From: Spirogloea muscicola
Taxonomy: Eukaryota
Direction of reading: 5' to 3'
Assembly: GCA_009602725.1 (NCBI GenBank)
Contig: WELB01000014.1
Location: 123,857 to 163,167 of the forward strand
DNA length: 39,311 nt
A program made the translations under genes and the position numbers. This document shows, piece after piece, positions 1 to 10,836 of this stretch (position 1 is the stretch's first letter; each line of letters opens with the position of its first letter). The notes below the pieces were generated by a model. The model had not been told where the DNA came from and made no database searches. It saw nothing but the letters and a program-made list of their open reading frames with translations.

Positions 1-1180
1 GGCGCCGCGGCCGAAGCTCGGGCCCCCGCCGGCGGCCGCCGCGCCCGCGCTCGAGCGCCTCGGCCTCTCGCTCCGCCCGCCGAGCGAGGGCCCGGGCCTC
101 TTGGCGGCCTTCCCGGGCCTCACCGAGCTCCACATGACTCTGGACGGGGGCTGGAGCGGCCGCGCGGGAGAACCTCGCTGCCCTAAAGCACACGCCGCGC
201 CTCCGGCGGCTGACCCTGCAGAGCTCCGGATGCTTGGCCGTCCGCAGCGTCACTGGGCTTACGGCGTTCGAGAGCCTGGCCCTGCACAGCATGAAGCTGA
301 GAGGTGAGCGACAGCGCCAGCCCTCTGCGCCGCTCTGCTGACTGTGCGGCCGCTTCCTAATGTGCATTTGCATGAAGAGATTGCCATGGCAGCAGACTGG
401 CAAAGCCTGGTGTTCACAGAAAAGCCTTGACTCCTGGCCTCCTGACGATGCAACACCACGTGCTGGCAGACGAGGACATGCGCATCATCTCGGTTGGCAC
501 GCCAAGTCTGCAGGCACTCCAGCGGTATGATGTCGACTAAGTGAGGGCATGGTGCCTCGCCACGACAAGCTGCCACTCCTGCGCTCCCTTGAATGCTCGC
601 TCCTAGCAGTGACGCGGACGACAAGCTGCAGTTCCAATCCTTTGGACGATGGTGCCCAAGTCTTACGTCCTTGAGCATCCTTGGCTATGAGTTGTGCTCT
701 CTCAGTAACAGCAACATGTTGGTGGAGATGCTCAGCAATTCCAGCTGCCTGGTTGGCCTTGAGCTCGATGGCTTTGTGATTTGGAGTTAGAATCTAGTGA
801 TGCACTTGAATCTTTTGGATTCGTGGAGCAGCCTTCAGCGTGACTCTGTCAGGAGTCTCTCCTGCCAGCACATGCACGCCCAACACGTGCATCACTTGGT
901 CAGTGCTTGTTCACAATTGCAGGCACTGCACATGCAGAGATGCCCCGGAATTGAGTCGACTGTTTCTCTTGATGACATACTCACTACCTGCCCAAACATT
1001 TGCGAGATCGGCCTAGGTGGTCCTCAAACTCTCTCAGGGACTAGAGTCCCGCTTATCAAGACTTCGAACACGTGTTGCCTAGTGGTGTTTGACTCATTTT
1101 GGCAGCAAGATTTCTTCCATGGTTCGCCTAAATATGTGGACATCTATCATGTCCATCGTGACGGCAACCACAACCTAAAA
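1..1180 (+). pseudogene. F-box/LRR (cysteine-containing LRR, FBXL-like) paralogue, copy 1; 5' end outside window; disabled
   Basis: Translates LGPPPAAAAPALERLGL...LTELH, frameshifts into LAALKHTPRLRRLTL, probable intron from GTGAGC at 304, then MQHHVLADED, WCPSLTSLSILG, LVSACSQLQALH, CPNICEIGLG, HRDGNH. Colinear with copies 2-4. Stops at 538 and 788 and a roughly 600 bp internal deletion relative to copy 3. Confidence 0.75.
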
Positions 1181-1699
1181 TGTCAAGAATTTCCTTTGCT
1201 TGTCACAATTTGCTTTGCTTGTACGACTTTGCGACCAGCACGTGGCTATGCATGTGCTCTCACTGACCTTGTATGTTATGCTGTCTGCTTACATACCACA
1301 TGACAAGTGCCAGTATTCTTCGGACCAAAACGATATTGCTGCAAGCTTCACTAACATTTGCATCCCCACGTCGTGGAAGGAGAAAGATGAAGCAAATACG
1401 TTTTGGAATATGAGAAATGGATCATCGCAAAATTACTGACGGCTTTATAGTCGGCCTTGCCGCAGCGGCCCACATTCGTAGTTGTGCTTACCTCTGTAAG
1501 CCAATTGTTCAGCAACCCGAATGACTTTCATTAACGGCTTGTGAACGAGCGGCTGCTTAAAGGGCAATTGTCACTCCACGAGCGATACACATTAATGAAT
1601 GCGAACGGAGTAAAGAGACATATTCCCTTCTCTGCGCGTAAACAGTAGATGAAAGCGAGCACTTCAGTGCAGACCCCTCCGAGTCTTGTCAAGGCTCTT

Positions 1700-2080
1700 T
1701 TGGGCTGGCCTTTTCCAGCTCAAGGCCTCAGGGATGAAGTTCCCATCTTTTCCACGGGGAGCAGACTGATGTTTAACGCCACAGGGCTCTCAGGCCCTGG
1801 TGTAATGTACACGGCATATCTATTCCTGCAGCATCGCCTGGCACATGCCTCGCTGCTTCGTGCTGGTCGTGCCCTGGCTGCCGCCTCAGGCTATAGTCGG
1901 GGCGACTTCATTTCCTGAAAATGCTTTCTCAGGCTTGCACCTGCTGATCAGGGATACTGAGCAGGAATCCATAGTGGTCTCTACGCTGTCCAGCTCCTGA
2001 TCTTGTTCACATTTTTTGTGGGCTAGCTTTTGACAGCCCTCGCCCGCTTTCAAGAACTGCTTCTTTCCGTTTTCTTGTTC
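1700..2080 (+). mobile_element. 5'-truncated 3' end of CRE-like RLE retrotransposon (C-terminal coding tail plus 3' module)
   Basis: FNATG...LQHRLAHASLLRAGRALAAASG matches the C-terminus of ORF 7063-7848; followed by GGGCTAGCTTTTGACAGCCC and a TC-rich tail. Confidence 0.7.
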
Positions 2081-2149
2081 TTCCCAAACTTGCAAGGGGA
2101 GAAGAGAATGAAGCAGCTCTTCGAAATGTAAGCACAAGCACGTGTTAGC

Positions 2150-2380
2150 CGCAGCAGGTATAGCCACCGTATGCAAGCCGCTCTGTGCACGTCGAATGCC
2201 GGCGCCACAGACAGGCAGGGTGATCCATTTTTTGCGCTCATTTCCGCTAGCAGCCTTGCCAACCGAGTAGCCTGCTTGTGTCGATGACTTGGTGGGATTG
2301 CGGAGTCAACAGAGTTGGTGACAGTACGTCCGCAACGATGCGGCAAACCTGTTCTCCTGCAGCACCTATCGATTGCCTTC
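2150..2380 (-). mobile_element. Degenerate RLE endonuclease fragment
   Basis: RIVADVL resembles RIIADVV in ORF 7063-7848; heavily decayed. Confidence 0.35.
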
Positions 2381-2499
2381 GGCCTCGAAAGAAAAACCAA
2401 AAGCTGAAGTGGAAGCTGTATATAGCCAGCTCCGGATGAATGTACAAGGTCCAAAAGAAAGAGAGGGCGCATGGTGCACATGAGTAGAGGGAGGCCAGG

Positions 2500-2745
2500 T
2501 GTTCCGCATTGGGCTCTCCATGCCTCTGCTTTCAACGTACCCAGGCTCATGCAGTGCACTCGCTTGACGGCTGCGATCTGGCTGCTATCCCTGGGTTTCG
2601 TCGGGATGACTCTTTTCCCGCTGCAAGTTATTTGGAATTACGGCTACTGACTCGCAGTTACTGGGTCTCCAGCTGCAGTCACTTCCATACCTGTGTGGTC
2701 TTAGCGCCTTTCGGCTCTTTGGACCTTGTCTGTTCTTTCTGGAAG
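2500..2745 (+). mobile_element. CRE-like 3' fragment
   Basis: FQRTQAHAVH...FPAASYLELRLLTRSY, the shared family C-terminus, followed by TTTCGGCTCTTTGGACCTTGTC. Confidence 0.7.
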
Positions 2746-3509
2746 AAAGAAACAGGTTTTCCAAATATACTGGTGGCTGTGAGAGGCCAGCCCAAAGGGA
2801 TGGACAAGGTCTGGATGGCCGGATGGCGCAAAACGTATGTCTACATATCTAGGCAAAGCATGAAAATCTATTCGGATACACCAGGGCCTGATATACACCA
2901 GGGTCTGAGAGCCTGTGGCATCAAACATCTGCCTGCTCCCCGTGCCGAGATAGAAAAGAAAGGAACTTCATCCCTAAGTCCCTGAGCTGGAAAATGCCCG
3001 CTTAAATTAGAACTGACAAGATTTCAGAGGGGTTTGCACTGAAGTGCTCGACTACTGTCTACCTGCGAAGAGTGGGGATAAGAGTCTCTTTCTTCCGGTC
3101 GCATGCATCAACATGTATCACCCGGAACGTGACATGTGCCCTTTAACCAGCCGCCCGGTCACAAGCCCATTTTCACAGTCAATGGCTTGCTGTAGTCACA
3201 GAGGTAAGCACATCGACGATTGTGGGCCGTTGCAACATGGCGACCTATAACCCGTCAGTCGTTTACGGCAATCAATTTCACATTCCTATTTGTAGTCTGC
3301 TTCATCGCTCTCCTTCCACAATATGCGAGGATGCGAATATCAGTAAAGCTTGCAGCAATGTTCTTCTGGTACAGAGAAGACTGGCACTTGTCATGTGGTA
3401 TAGAAGCAGATAGCAAAGATTGCACGCTGGTCAGTGAGAGCATATAGATGGGCACGTGCTGGTCGCAAATCCGTAGCCCATGACAAGCAAAGCAAATGCT
3501 TGGACATTA

Positions 3510-5220
3510 TCAGTCGTGGTTGCCATCACGATGGACATGGTAGATGATTAAATGATCAGGCGAACCATGGAAGAATCTGGAAAGTGTCCAAGGTGAGTCA
3601 AACAACTCTATGCAGCACGTATTGGAAGTCTTCGAAAGCGGGACTCTACACCCTAAGAGGTTGCCAGAAGCACCTAGGCCGATCTCGCAAATGTTTGGGC
3701 AGGTAGAAAGTATGCCTTCAAGAAGAACAGTCCTCTCTAATCCGGGGCATTCGTGCACGTGCAGTACCTGCAACTGTGAACAAGCTCTAAGCAAGTGATG
3801 CACGTGTTGGGGTCGCATGTACAGGCAGGAGAGACTCCTGACAGAGTCAAGCTTAAGGCTGCTCCACGCATCTGAAAGGTCAGTAGCATCTCTACATGAC
3901 TCTGACGCATCTCTGTGAGGATCGGGAATTCTGCGCTCAAGACCAACCAGGCAGCTAAGATTGCTGAGCATCTCCACCAACATCTCGCTGTTGATGCGAT
4001 AGTTGATGCGATAAATGCCAAGGATGCTCAAGGACGTGAGATCTCGCGGGCAACACGAGATGAAGACACCCAACTCGTCTGGCTGTCCTTGGAATTCAGC
4101 AAAATCCAGAAACAAAGATACTACCTCCAGGTGCGCCAGACCAGGCAGCTCCTTCAACGTGTTGCGCAAGTGCTTGGCCCAGAATTGGTCACTGACCAGC
4201 TTGGTGAGGAAGGGGCGCTCTGCCAATACTCTCAGCGGCAAATCTGGGGACAGCCCTTGGCACCTGCTCAACCGTACACTGTGAAGCTGGCGGCAACTGG
4301 CTGCAATCTGCCAGACCCCGGCGGCCGTGACGGTGTGGACGCCTGCCAGCTCGAGCACCCTAAGCTGCTGTGAATGTTTCGCCACGTGACGCAAGCCCTC
4401 GTCTGATAGTATTGAGGTCAGACCACAGTCATCATACAGATCCAAATGAGAGATCTTCAGAGAGGTCAAATGGCGGCAGGTTGACGTGATGACGCGCAAG
4501 TCCTCGTCTGCCAGCACGTGGTGTTGCATTGTGAGTAGGCCGAAGGTCGAGGCTCTTCTGCCAACACCCGGCGTTGTCCTCTGCAGCCATTGCAGCTGCA
4601 GTCGTCTTCATGTTTGTATGCTTGCGGTGCACTTGCATATGAGATAATGGCCGCCCAGATGGACCAAAGTGTCCCATGACGTTTTAAGCAGCGTGCAGAA
4701 AGGGGCAGAGTGTTGGCGCTGTCGCTCACCTCTCACCCTTGGCAGATCCTGCAGGCCCAGGCTCTCGAGCGCCGTGAGCCGAGTGAGGATGCGGCCAAGC
4801 GAACCCGCAGGAGGCAGGCCGCAGCCGAAGCCGACCAGCCAGCCCCAGTCTCCTCTGCTTGGACCAAAGGAGCCCGGGCGTCGGGTCATGTGCAGGGTCA
4901 GCCGCCGGAGGCGCGGCGTGTGCTGGAGGGCAGCGAGGTCTACCGCGCCTGCGCTCGAGTCCTTGTCCCATGCTATGTGGAGCTCGGTGAGGCCCAGGAA
5001 GGCCGCCAGGAAGCCCGGGTCCTCGCCCCGCGGGCGATTGGCGAGGCCGAGGCGCTCGAGCGCGGGCGCGGCGGCCGCCGGCGGGGGCCCGAGCAGCACC
5101 GGCGGCATAGCAGGCGGCGCCGCTGCCGACGGCGGCGGGGCGGGCGACCGTCGCGCGCCGCATCACGCACTCCAGCAGCTCGTCCGACAGGAGCTCGAAC
5201 CCGTCCGCCGCGGCGGGCAT
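3510..5220 (-). pseudogene. F-box/LRR paralogue, copy 2; best preserved, with an open 339-aa LRR ORF at 3510-4529, but exon 1 appears frameshifted
   Basis: ATG at 5220 gives MPAAADGFELLSDELLECVMRR (F-box-like start); frame changes near 5110-5140 to LGPPPAAAAPALERLGL; probable intron near 4730 with splice phase unresolved; LRR_CC repeats LSDEGLRHVAKHSQQLRVLELAGVHTVTAAGVWQIAASCRQLHSVRLSRC. Confidence 0.75.
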
Positions 5221-5222
5221 TT

Positions 5223-5259
<37 letters not shown>
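5223..5259. repeat. (CGG)12 microsatellite immediately upstream of the copy 2 ATG
   Basis: Read directly from the sequence. Confidence 0.95.
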
Positions 5260-5462
5260 TGAGACTTCGTGGCCAGTGTATTGAAGTGTGTATCTGATGA
5301 TGGAGGGCCTGAGTGGCCAAGTACGATTGCAAGGGGACTGCTCCGCGGCGCCTTGCATGGAGCTTGCATAGTGATGCCTTCCAGTACTGTCTTCTCCGTG
5401 CCGCCCTCCCTCCACGGTGTGCGGGGGTAGTCCCAAGGCCCGCCCCGCGAGGGGCGGGTCGC

Positions 5463-5612
5463 CCCAGGGAAGAGAAGTGGCTCTCCTAACAGGGAAGTAC
5501 GAAGAACAACAAGCACAGAAGCGAAGCAGCTACGAAGCACTCAGTTAGCCCTGCTAAGCAGCCTCAGGTCAGAGAGACTGGGTTCCTGGAAGCGGGTCCC
5601 CTGGCCAGAGCC
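5463..5612 (-). mobile_element. CRE-like 3' end inserted in the upstream region of F-box copy 2
   Basis: Encodes SLSDLRLLSRAN* and ends GGAGAGCCACTTCTCTTCC; absent from the homologous upstream region of copy 3 (33385-33403). Confidence 0.7.
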
Positions 5613-6282
5613 AGGACAAGCGTTCCGATGCCGACCGACTAGCGACAGAGCTTCTGTCGCCTCTGGTCCCGTCAGGTCCATCCGAGGGACCAAGGACCAG
5701 GTGCGGACCCAAACGTAGGAACCACCTGGGGCCACCATGGACCCCTGGAACGATGTGTGTACCCACCGCGAGCAACCTGCGCCCCCCTTTATTGCTCGCT
5801 ACCTGGCTTTCACAGTTAATATAGCGTGTCTGCCTGCCACGTAATATCTGACATGTCATGCATTTCTATCACTCGTCTGCCCTACCTACGGGTTCTTGGA
5901 GTCGCCGCCTTGTGGCATGACGGTGTGCGGCTGGGCCGGTGACGCGCTCCCATCTATGCAGCACTTAGCACATTGCTTTCTGCACCATCCAGCTCCTTCA
6001 GACCTTGTCCGTTCCTTTGGGCTGGCCTCTCACAGCCACCAGTCAATCTGGCCGCGCCTTCTTCTATGCAGCGGCTGGCCGGCCTCTCGGGCCCCTCTGG
6101 CCCCCAAAATTTCCTACATGGTCCTTGCTCGGTTAAATCTTTCAGCGCTTTTCGGCCCCTTTGGACCTTGTCATTACTTTTTGCCTGGCTGTTCACAGCC
6201 CTCGCCCAAAGGATATTCGTGCATTTGAAACAAACAAAGGGGGCGAGGGCTGTGAGGGCGAGGGCTCCTTCCCTTTTTTCAA

Positions 6283-6380
6283 TCTGCTGTAGATCATGTA
6301 GTCTTCAGATGTGCTTGCCTTTGTAGTTGGCCATTTGGCCTTCGTTTGAATTCAAATACACGAGATTTCTCTTTCTTTTA
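6283..6380 (+). mobile_element. 3' UTR fragment of the large element's subfamily (subfamily A)
   Basis: AGATGTGCTTGCCTTTGTAGTTGGCCATTTGGCCTTCG...CAAATACACGA matches the reverse complement of 23662-23740. Confidence 0.75.
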
Positions 6381-6459
6381 AGACCTTGTAGATACCTTCG
6401 GGCTGGCCTTTCACACCGATTGCCGTAGACTGGAACAGCTGTCTCTTCTGGGAGAGTCT

Positions 6460-6645
6460 TTTTCCTTCCTTCTTTCGGGAAAGCCATTTTCCTTCTGGCC
6501 CCGCTTCCCGGAGCCCACCCGGCCCTGATCGGGCACTCCGCCAGCGATGCCCGCCGATTGCGCCGCCGCCGCAGCCGGCGGCTCGCGCTGGCGAGGCAGC
6601 ATTTGGAGCTTCTTGCAAGGGCACTCGGATAGGGCATCGCCGGGA
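6460..6645 (+). repeat. About 180 bp GC-rich dispersed repeat, second copy at about 9650-9830
   Basis: Shared core ATGCCCGCCGA(T/A)TGCGCCGCCGCCGCAGCCGGCGGCTCGCGC. Confidence 0.8.
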
Positions 6646-6924
6646 GTAATCCGAGGGCTTTGCGTCTGCCTTACCTACGTGTTTGGCAGTCAACGCCCCG
6701 TGGCTGCACGTGTGTGGGCCTGGGCCGGCTATGAGCTCCCACTTCCATGTAGCAGCTGGTTGGCCTGTGAGAAGAAAGACGCTTCCAGGACAGGGCGGTG
6801 GTTGGGAGAGGCCAGACCACGAAATGGAATAAACAAAGGTCGAAGGGGCCAGGTAAAAAGCTAGCTAGACAACAGCAACGGCGCTACCAACCTGAATGGT
6901 GGCTGTAAGAGGCCAGCCCAAAGG

Positions 6925-7795
6925 AGAAGAAGAAGAAGTGGCTATCCCAATGGGGGCAAGGGCTGTGAAAAGCCAGCCCGAAATCAATTGACAAAGGTTC
7001 GAAGGGGCCAAATGACGGAGGGGCCTAAAGCGCTATGGCAGAACGGGTGGAGGATGGACCACTCAGTAGCTACGAGTGAGGAGACTCAACTCCGACAGAC
7101 GAGCTGCCGGAAAACAACCTCCCTGGCGAAAGCCAGAGGCTGCAGCGAGAGCCCGGCCAGCACGCAGATGCAAGGCGTGTGCCATGGACCGCTGTAGGGA
7201 GACTGACAACCGCATGCGATAGACTGGGGCCCATGAGCCAGCAGCGTTGAAGTCAGCCGGTTCACCTCGCCTGCGGGACACAGCGCGCGCAAACTTGGCC
7301 AGCAGATCGAGCCACTGGGACCTAAGAGCCCCGTATACATCCACAGCCAGGGGTACGAACTCGTCCCCAGCCGGGTGATCAGCGTGTTTGGCCGCCTTGC
7401 AGCGAGCGGCTTTCGCCGCAGCGTGGCCAGCCCGCGAGGCAGAAAGCCCCGAATGAGAGTGGTCGACCACATCAGTGGTGACCACGTCAGCAATGATGCG
7501 CGCGCCGCCGCCCGGCGTGGACGCCACCAGGTCGACGCGGCGCGTGTTGAGTCCGGCGGCCCGATGGAGGATTGGCATGACAGAAGTGTTCTCCATCGCC
7601 ACCGTGTATTCGGCCGCCTGGAAGATGCCGAACATTGCATCGCGGAGGAGGTCGTGAGCAGCTGTACGTTCGCCTCCAATTGCGCAGCGGAGGACATGCG
7701 CCGCCAGCTCCGCCGGGCCCGCCGATCGCTCCCCGCATTCACACTGTAGCACGCCTAGCAGACAGGGCAGGGGGAGACCCAACAGGCGATGGGTT
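6925..7795 (-). mobile_element. 5'-truncated CRE-like element, subfamily B: zinc knuckle, RLE endonuclease and complete 3' UTR
   Basis: Open ORF to stop at 7063: CECG...HVLRC, HDLLRD, RRVDLV, IADVV, KAAKH, FVPLAVDVYG, LQRSMAHAL. 3' UTR ends in the hairpin module and (TTC)n. Confidence 0.85.
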
Positions 7796-7921
7796 CCGTG
7801 CGGCAGCCCAAAGTAATGGACAAGGTCTGAAGGAGCCGGCTGGCGCAAAAAGGCAGGTACTAAGTGCTAAGACGGCAGCAGGGGGGCTCTCAGTAACCTC
7901 AGTCAATTAGTGCAGATCGGA

Positions 7922-7958
7922 CTAAAGCTAAAGCTAAAGCTAAAGCTAAAGCTAAAGC
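7922..7958. repeat. (CTAAAG)6 microsatellite terminating a minus-strand element fragment
   Basis: Read directly from the sequence. Confidence 0.95.
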
Positions 7959-8300
7959 GCACACGGAATCAAGTAGCTACGAAACCCTCAGTAACCCCTA
8001 CCAAGGAGCCGCAGGTCGGAGAAACTAGTCTCCTGATAGCGGGTTCTGTGGGGCCCTGCTGTCCTTAGAGTAATGCGTACATGGTCCTTGCTTAGTCATG
8101 TCTTTTAGCGCAGCTCGGCCCCTTCAGACTAGTTTCTCCGACCTGCGGCTGCTCAATAGGGGTTACTGAGTGGTTTGTAGCTCCTCGGTTCCCCGTGTGC
8201 TTTAGAGCTTTCCCTGGCCCTTACGAACTTTGTTCATTCTTCTTTTTTAGGCTGGCCTTTCCCAGCCCCTACCTTCTATTGGAGAGCACTTTCTTCAGAC
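7958..8300. mobile_element. Back-to-back pair of CRE-like 3' ends (minus 7958-8045, plus 8126-8300)
   Basis: Perfect 25-bp inverted repeat 8007-8031 / 8126-8150; both encode SFSDLRLLxRGY*. Confidence 0.8.
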
Positions 8301-8635
8301 CTTGTCATTTCTTTCCGTGCTGGCGCTTCGCAGCCCTCGCCCCCTGTGGGCCCTCCATTCAATGGCCGAGCCCTTCCATCTCTTAATACACACCCATTTT
8401 CCTTTGGGCGAGTGCTGTGAGGGCGATTGCTCCTTCCCTTTCCTTTCAGTCCTTGTGCAGTTCTTTGAGCCTTTGTCAATTGTTATTGTCCTTAGGGCTG
8501 TTTCCTTTGGGCTGGCCTCTCACAGGCCAGCCCAAACAATTAATCTACGGCCATTGCTGCAAATTGGAAGAGCTGTTTCCTTTGGGAGAGTCTTTCATTC
8601 TCCTGGGCTGGCCTCTCACAGCCACCACCCTCCTG

Positions 8636-9315
8636 GAAGAAGTGGCTCTCCCAACGGGGCAAGGGCTGTGAAAAGCCAGCCCGAAAGAAGTGACAAAGGT
8701 TCGAAGGGGCCAAATGACGGAGGGGCCTAGGTGCGCTAAGCAGCTACGAAGGGGCCTGAAGATGCTATGTCAGAACGGGGGAGGATGGACCACTCAGTAC
8801 TTACGAGTGAGGAGCCTCAAATCCGACAGACTAGCTGCCGGAAAAGTATCCTCCTGACGAAAGTCGGAGGCCGCAGCGAGAGCACGTCCAGCACGCAAAT
8901 GCAAGGCGTGGGCCATGGACGGCTGAAGGGAGACGGACTATCGCATACGATATACCTGAGCGCACGAGCCAGCGGCGTTGAAGTCAGCCGGCTCACCACG
9001 CCTGCGAGACAGCGCGCCGCGCAAGCCTGGCCAGCAGGTCGAGCCATGGGACCCGAGAGCCCCGTGCACGTCCACGGCCAGGGTTACGAACTCGTCGCCA
9101 GCCGGGTGGTCAGAGTGGTTGACCGCCTTGCCGCGAGCGGCCTTCGCCGCAGCAGGCCAGCCCGCGAGGCAGAGAGCCCCGGGTTGGAGCGGTCGACCAC
9201 ATCAGCAATGATGCGCGCGCCACCGACCGGCGTGGACGCCATTGAGGTCGACGCGGCGCGTTTGGAGTCCGTCGGCCCTCTAGAGGATTGGCATGACCGA
9301 AGCATTCTCCTGGAA
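8636..9315 (-). mobile_element. Second, more decayed subfamily B RLE fragment with 3' UTR
   Basis: Colinear with 6935-7590, e.g. GGAGGATGGACCACTCAGTA and GGTCGACGCGGCGCGT. Confidence 0.85.
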
Positions 9316-10484
9316 GCTCTTTCTCTGCTCCATTGACAACAGGTTACTGAGAGCCCACTTGCTGACGTCTTGGAGATCCTGCTTTATGCGATTTCTTCAT
9401 GCCTTTCAGACTTGTCCATTCCTTTGGGCTGGCCTCTGACAGATAGCGCATTTGGCCCCTTCGTACTTTGGCCCATTCGAGCCTTGTTCTTTTCGGGCTG
9501 GCTTATCAGAGCCCTTGCCCTCCTTTGGCAGAGCCACTTCTTCTCACAAGCCACTACTGTCGATTTGGAAGAGCTGTTCCCCTTTTCTTTGTCCATTCCT
9601 TTAGGCTGACCTCTCACAGCCACCAGTCAATCTGGCCGCGCTTTCCTTTTCTTCGTCTTTTAGGAAGAGCCACTCCCTTTCTGGTGCCGCTGCCCGGAGT
9701 CCACCCGGCCATGATTGGGCCCTCCCTGCCGCAATGCCCGCCGAATGCGCCGCCGCCGCAGCCGGCGGCTCGCGCGGGAGGCAGCATCCGGGAGATCCCG
9801 CAGAGCCGCTCGGAGTGGGCAGCCGGGGGGAGATTCCGGGGGGGCTCCGGGTGGGCCGCATCCGGGGCCGGCCAGCCGGTGAGTAAGACGACCGTGGACG
9901 GTGGGGAGCCAGGCGGTTGCAGGTCCCTGGTTCGCCCAGCGAGGGCCCTGCGCGCCCGGGGAGAGCGGAGGGCCCGGCCCGGAGGGGCTCTGGTGCAGAT
10001 CGCGCCAAGAGCAAAAGATCCCCTGCGCAGCCCCTAGCGCGACCCGCACGGCGCTAGCGCCACCGACGCTAGGATTGGATTCTGGGTCGTTCGCTCTATA
10101 ATAAGCCCACCGCTAAAATAATTGGCTCGCCCCCAAAGAATGTGGTGCGCTCGCGAAGATTATAAGGGCTGGAAAAAGGGCCAGAAATGGGCGGAAAAAG
10201 GAAGTGTCGGCGGCGCAGAGGGGCTAAGAAGGGCGGGGAAACGGCGGGAAAAGGGCGGACAAAGTCACAGGGGACCACCGCACAGGGGAGGCGTGCCTGA
10301 GGCGCCGCCAGGGCGGGCGGGCATCTCGGGGCCGGGGCCCCTCCCCTGGGCAACCTTGGGGGCTCTTCCCTTCGTAAACGCGCCCCACTTCTTGTCCGGC
10401 ACTTGCATCGGCAGGCCTCTCGTGCTTGGCCGCCAAGGCCCCCCCCCCCTCTCTCTCTTAACCCCTTTTCTCTCTCTCTCCCCC

Positions 10485-10836
<352 letters not shown>

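Noticed and set aside
5437..5460. GC hairpin as a Helitron 3' terminus
   Set aside because: No CTRR end at the expected distance in this copy or its homologue at 33405.
6995..7010. GGTTCGAA in the module as a tRNA T-loop or B-box
   Set aside because: No flanking T-stem, antisense to the element, and often GGTCCAAA or GGTCTGAA in other copies.
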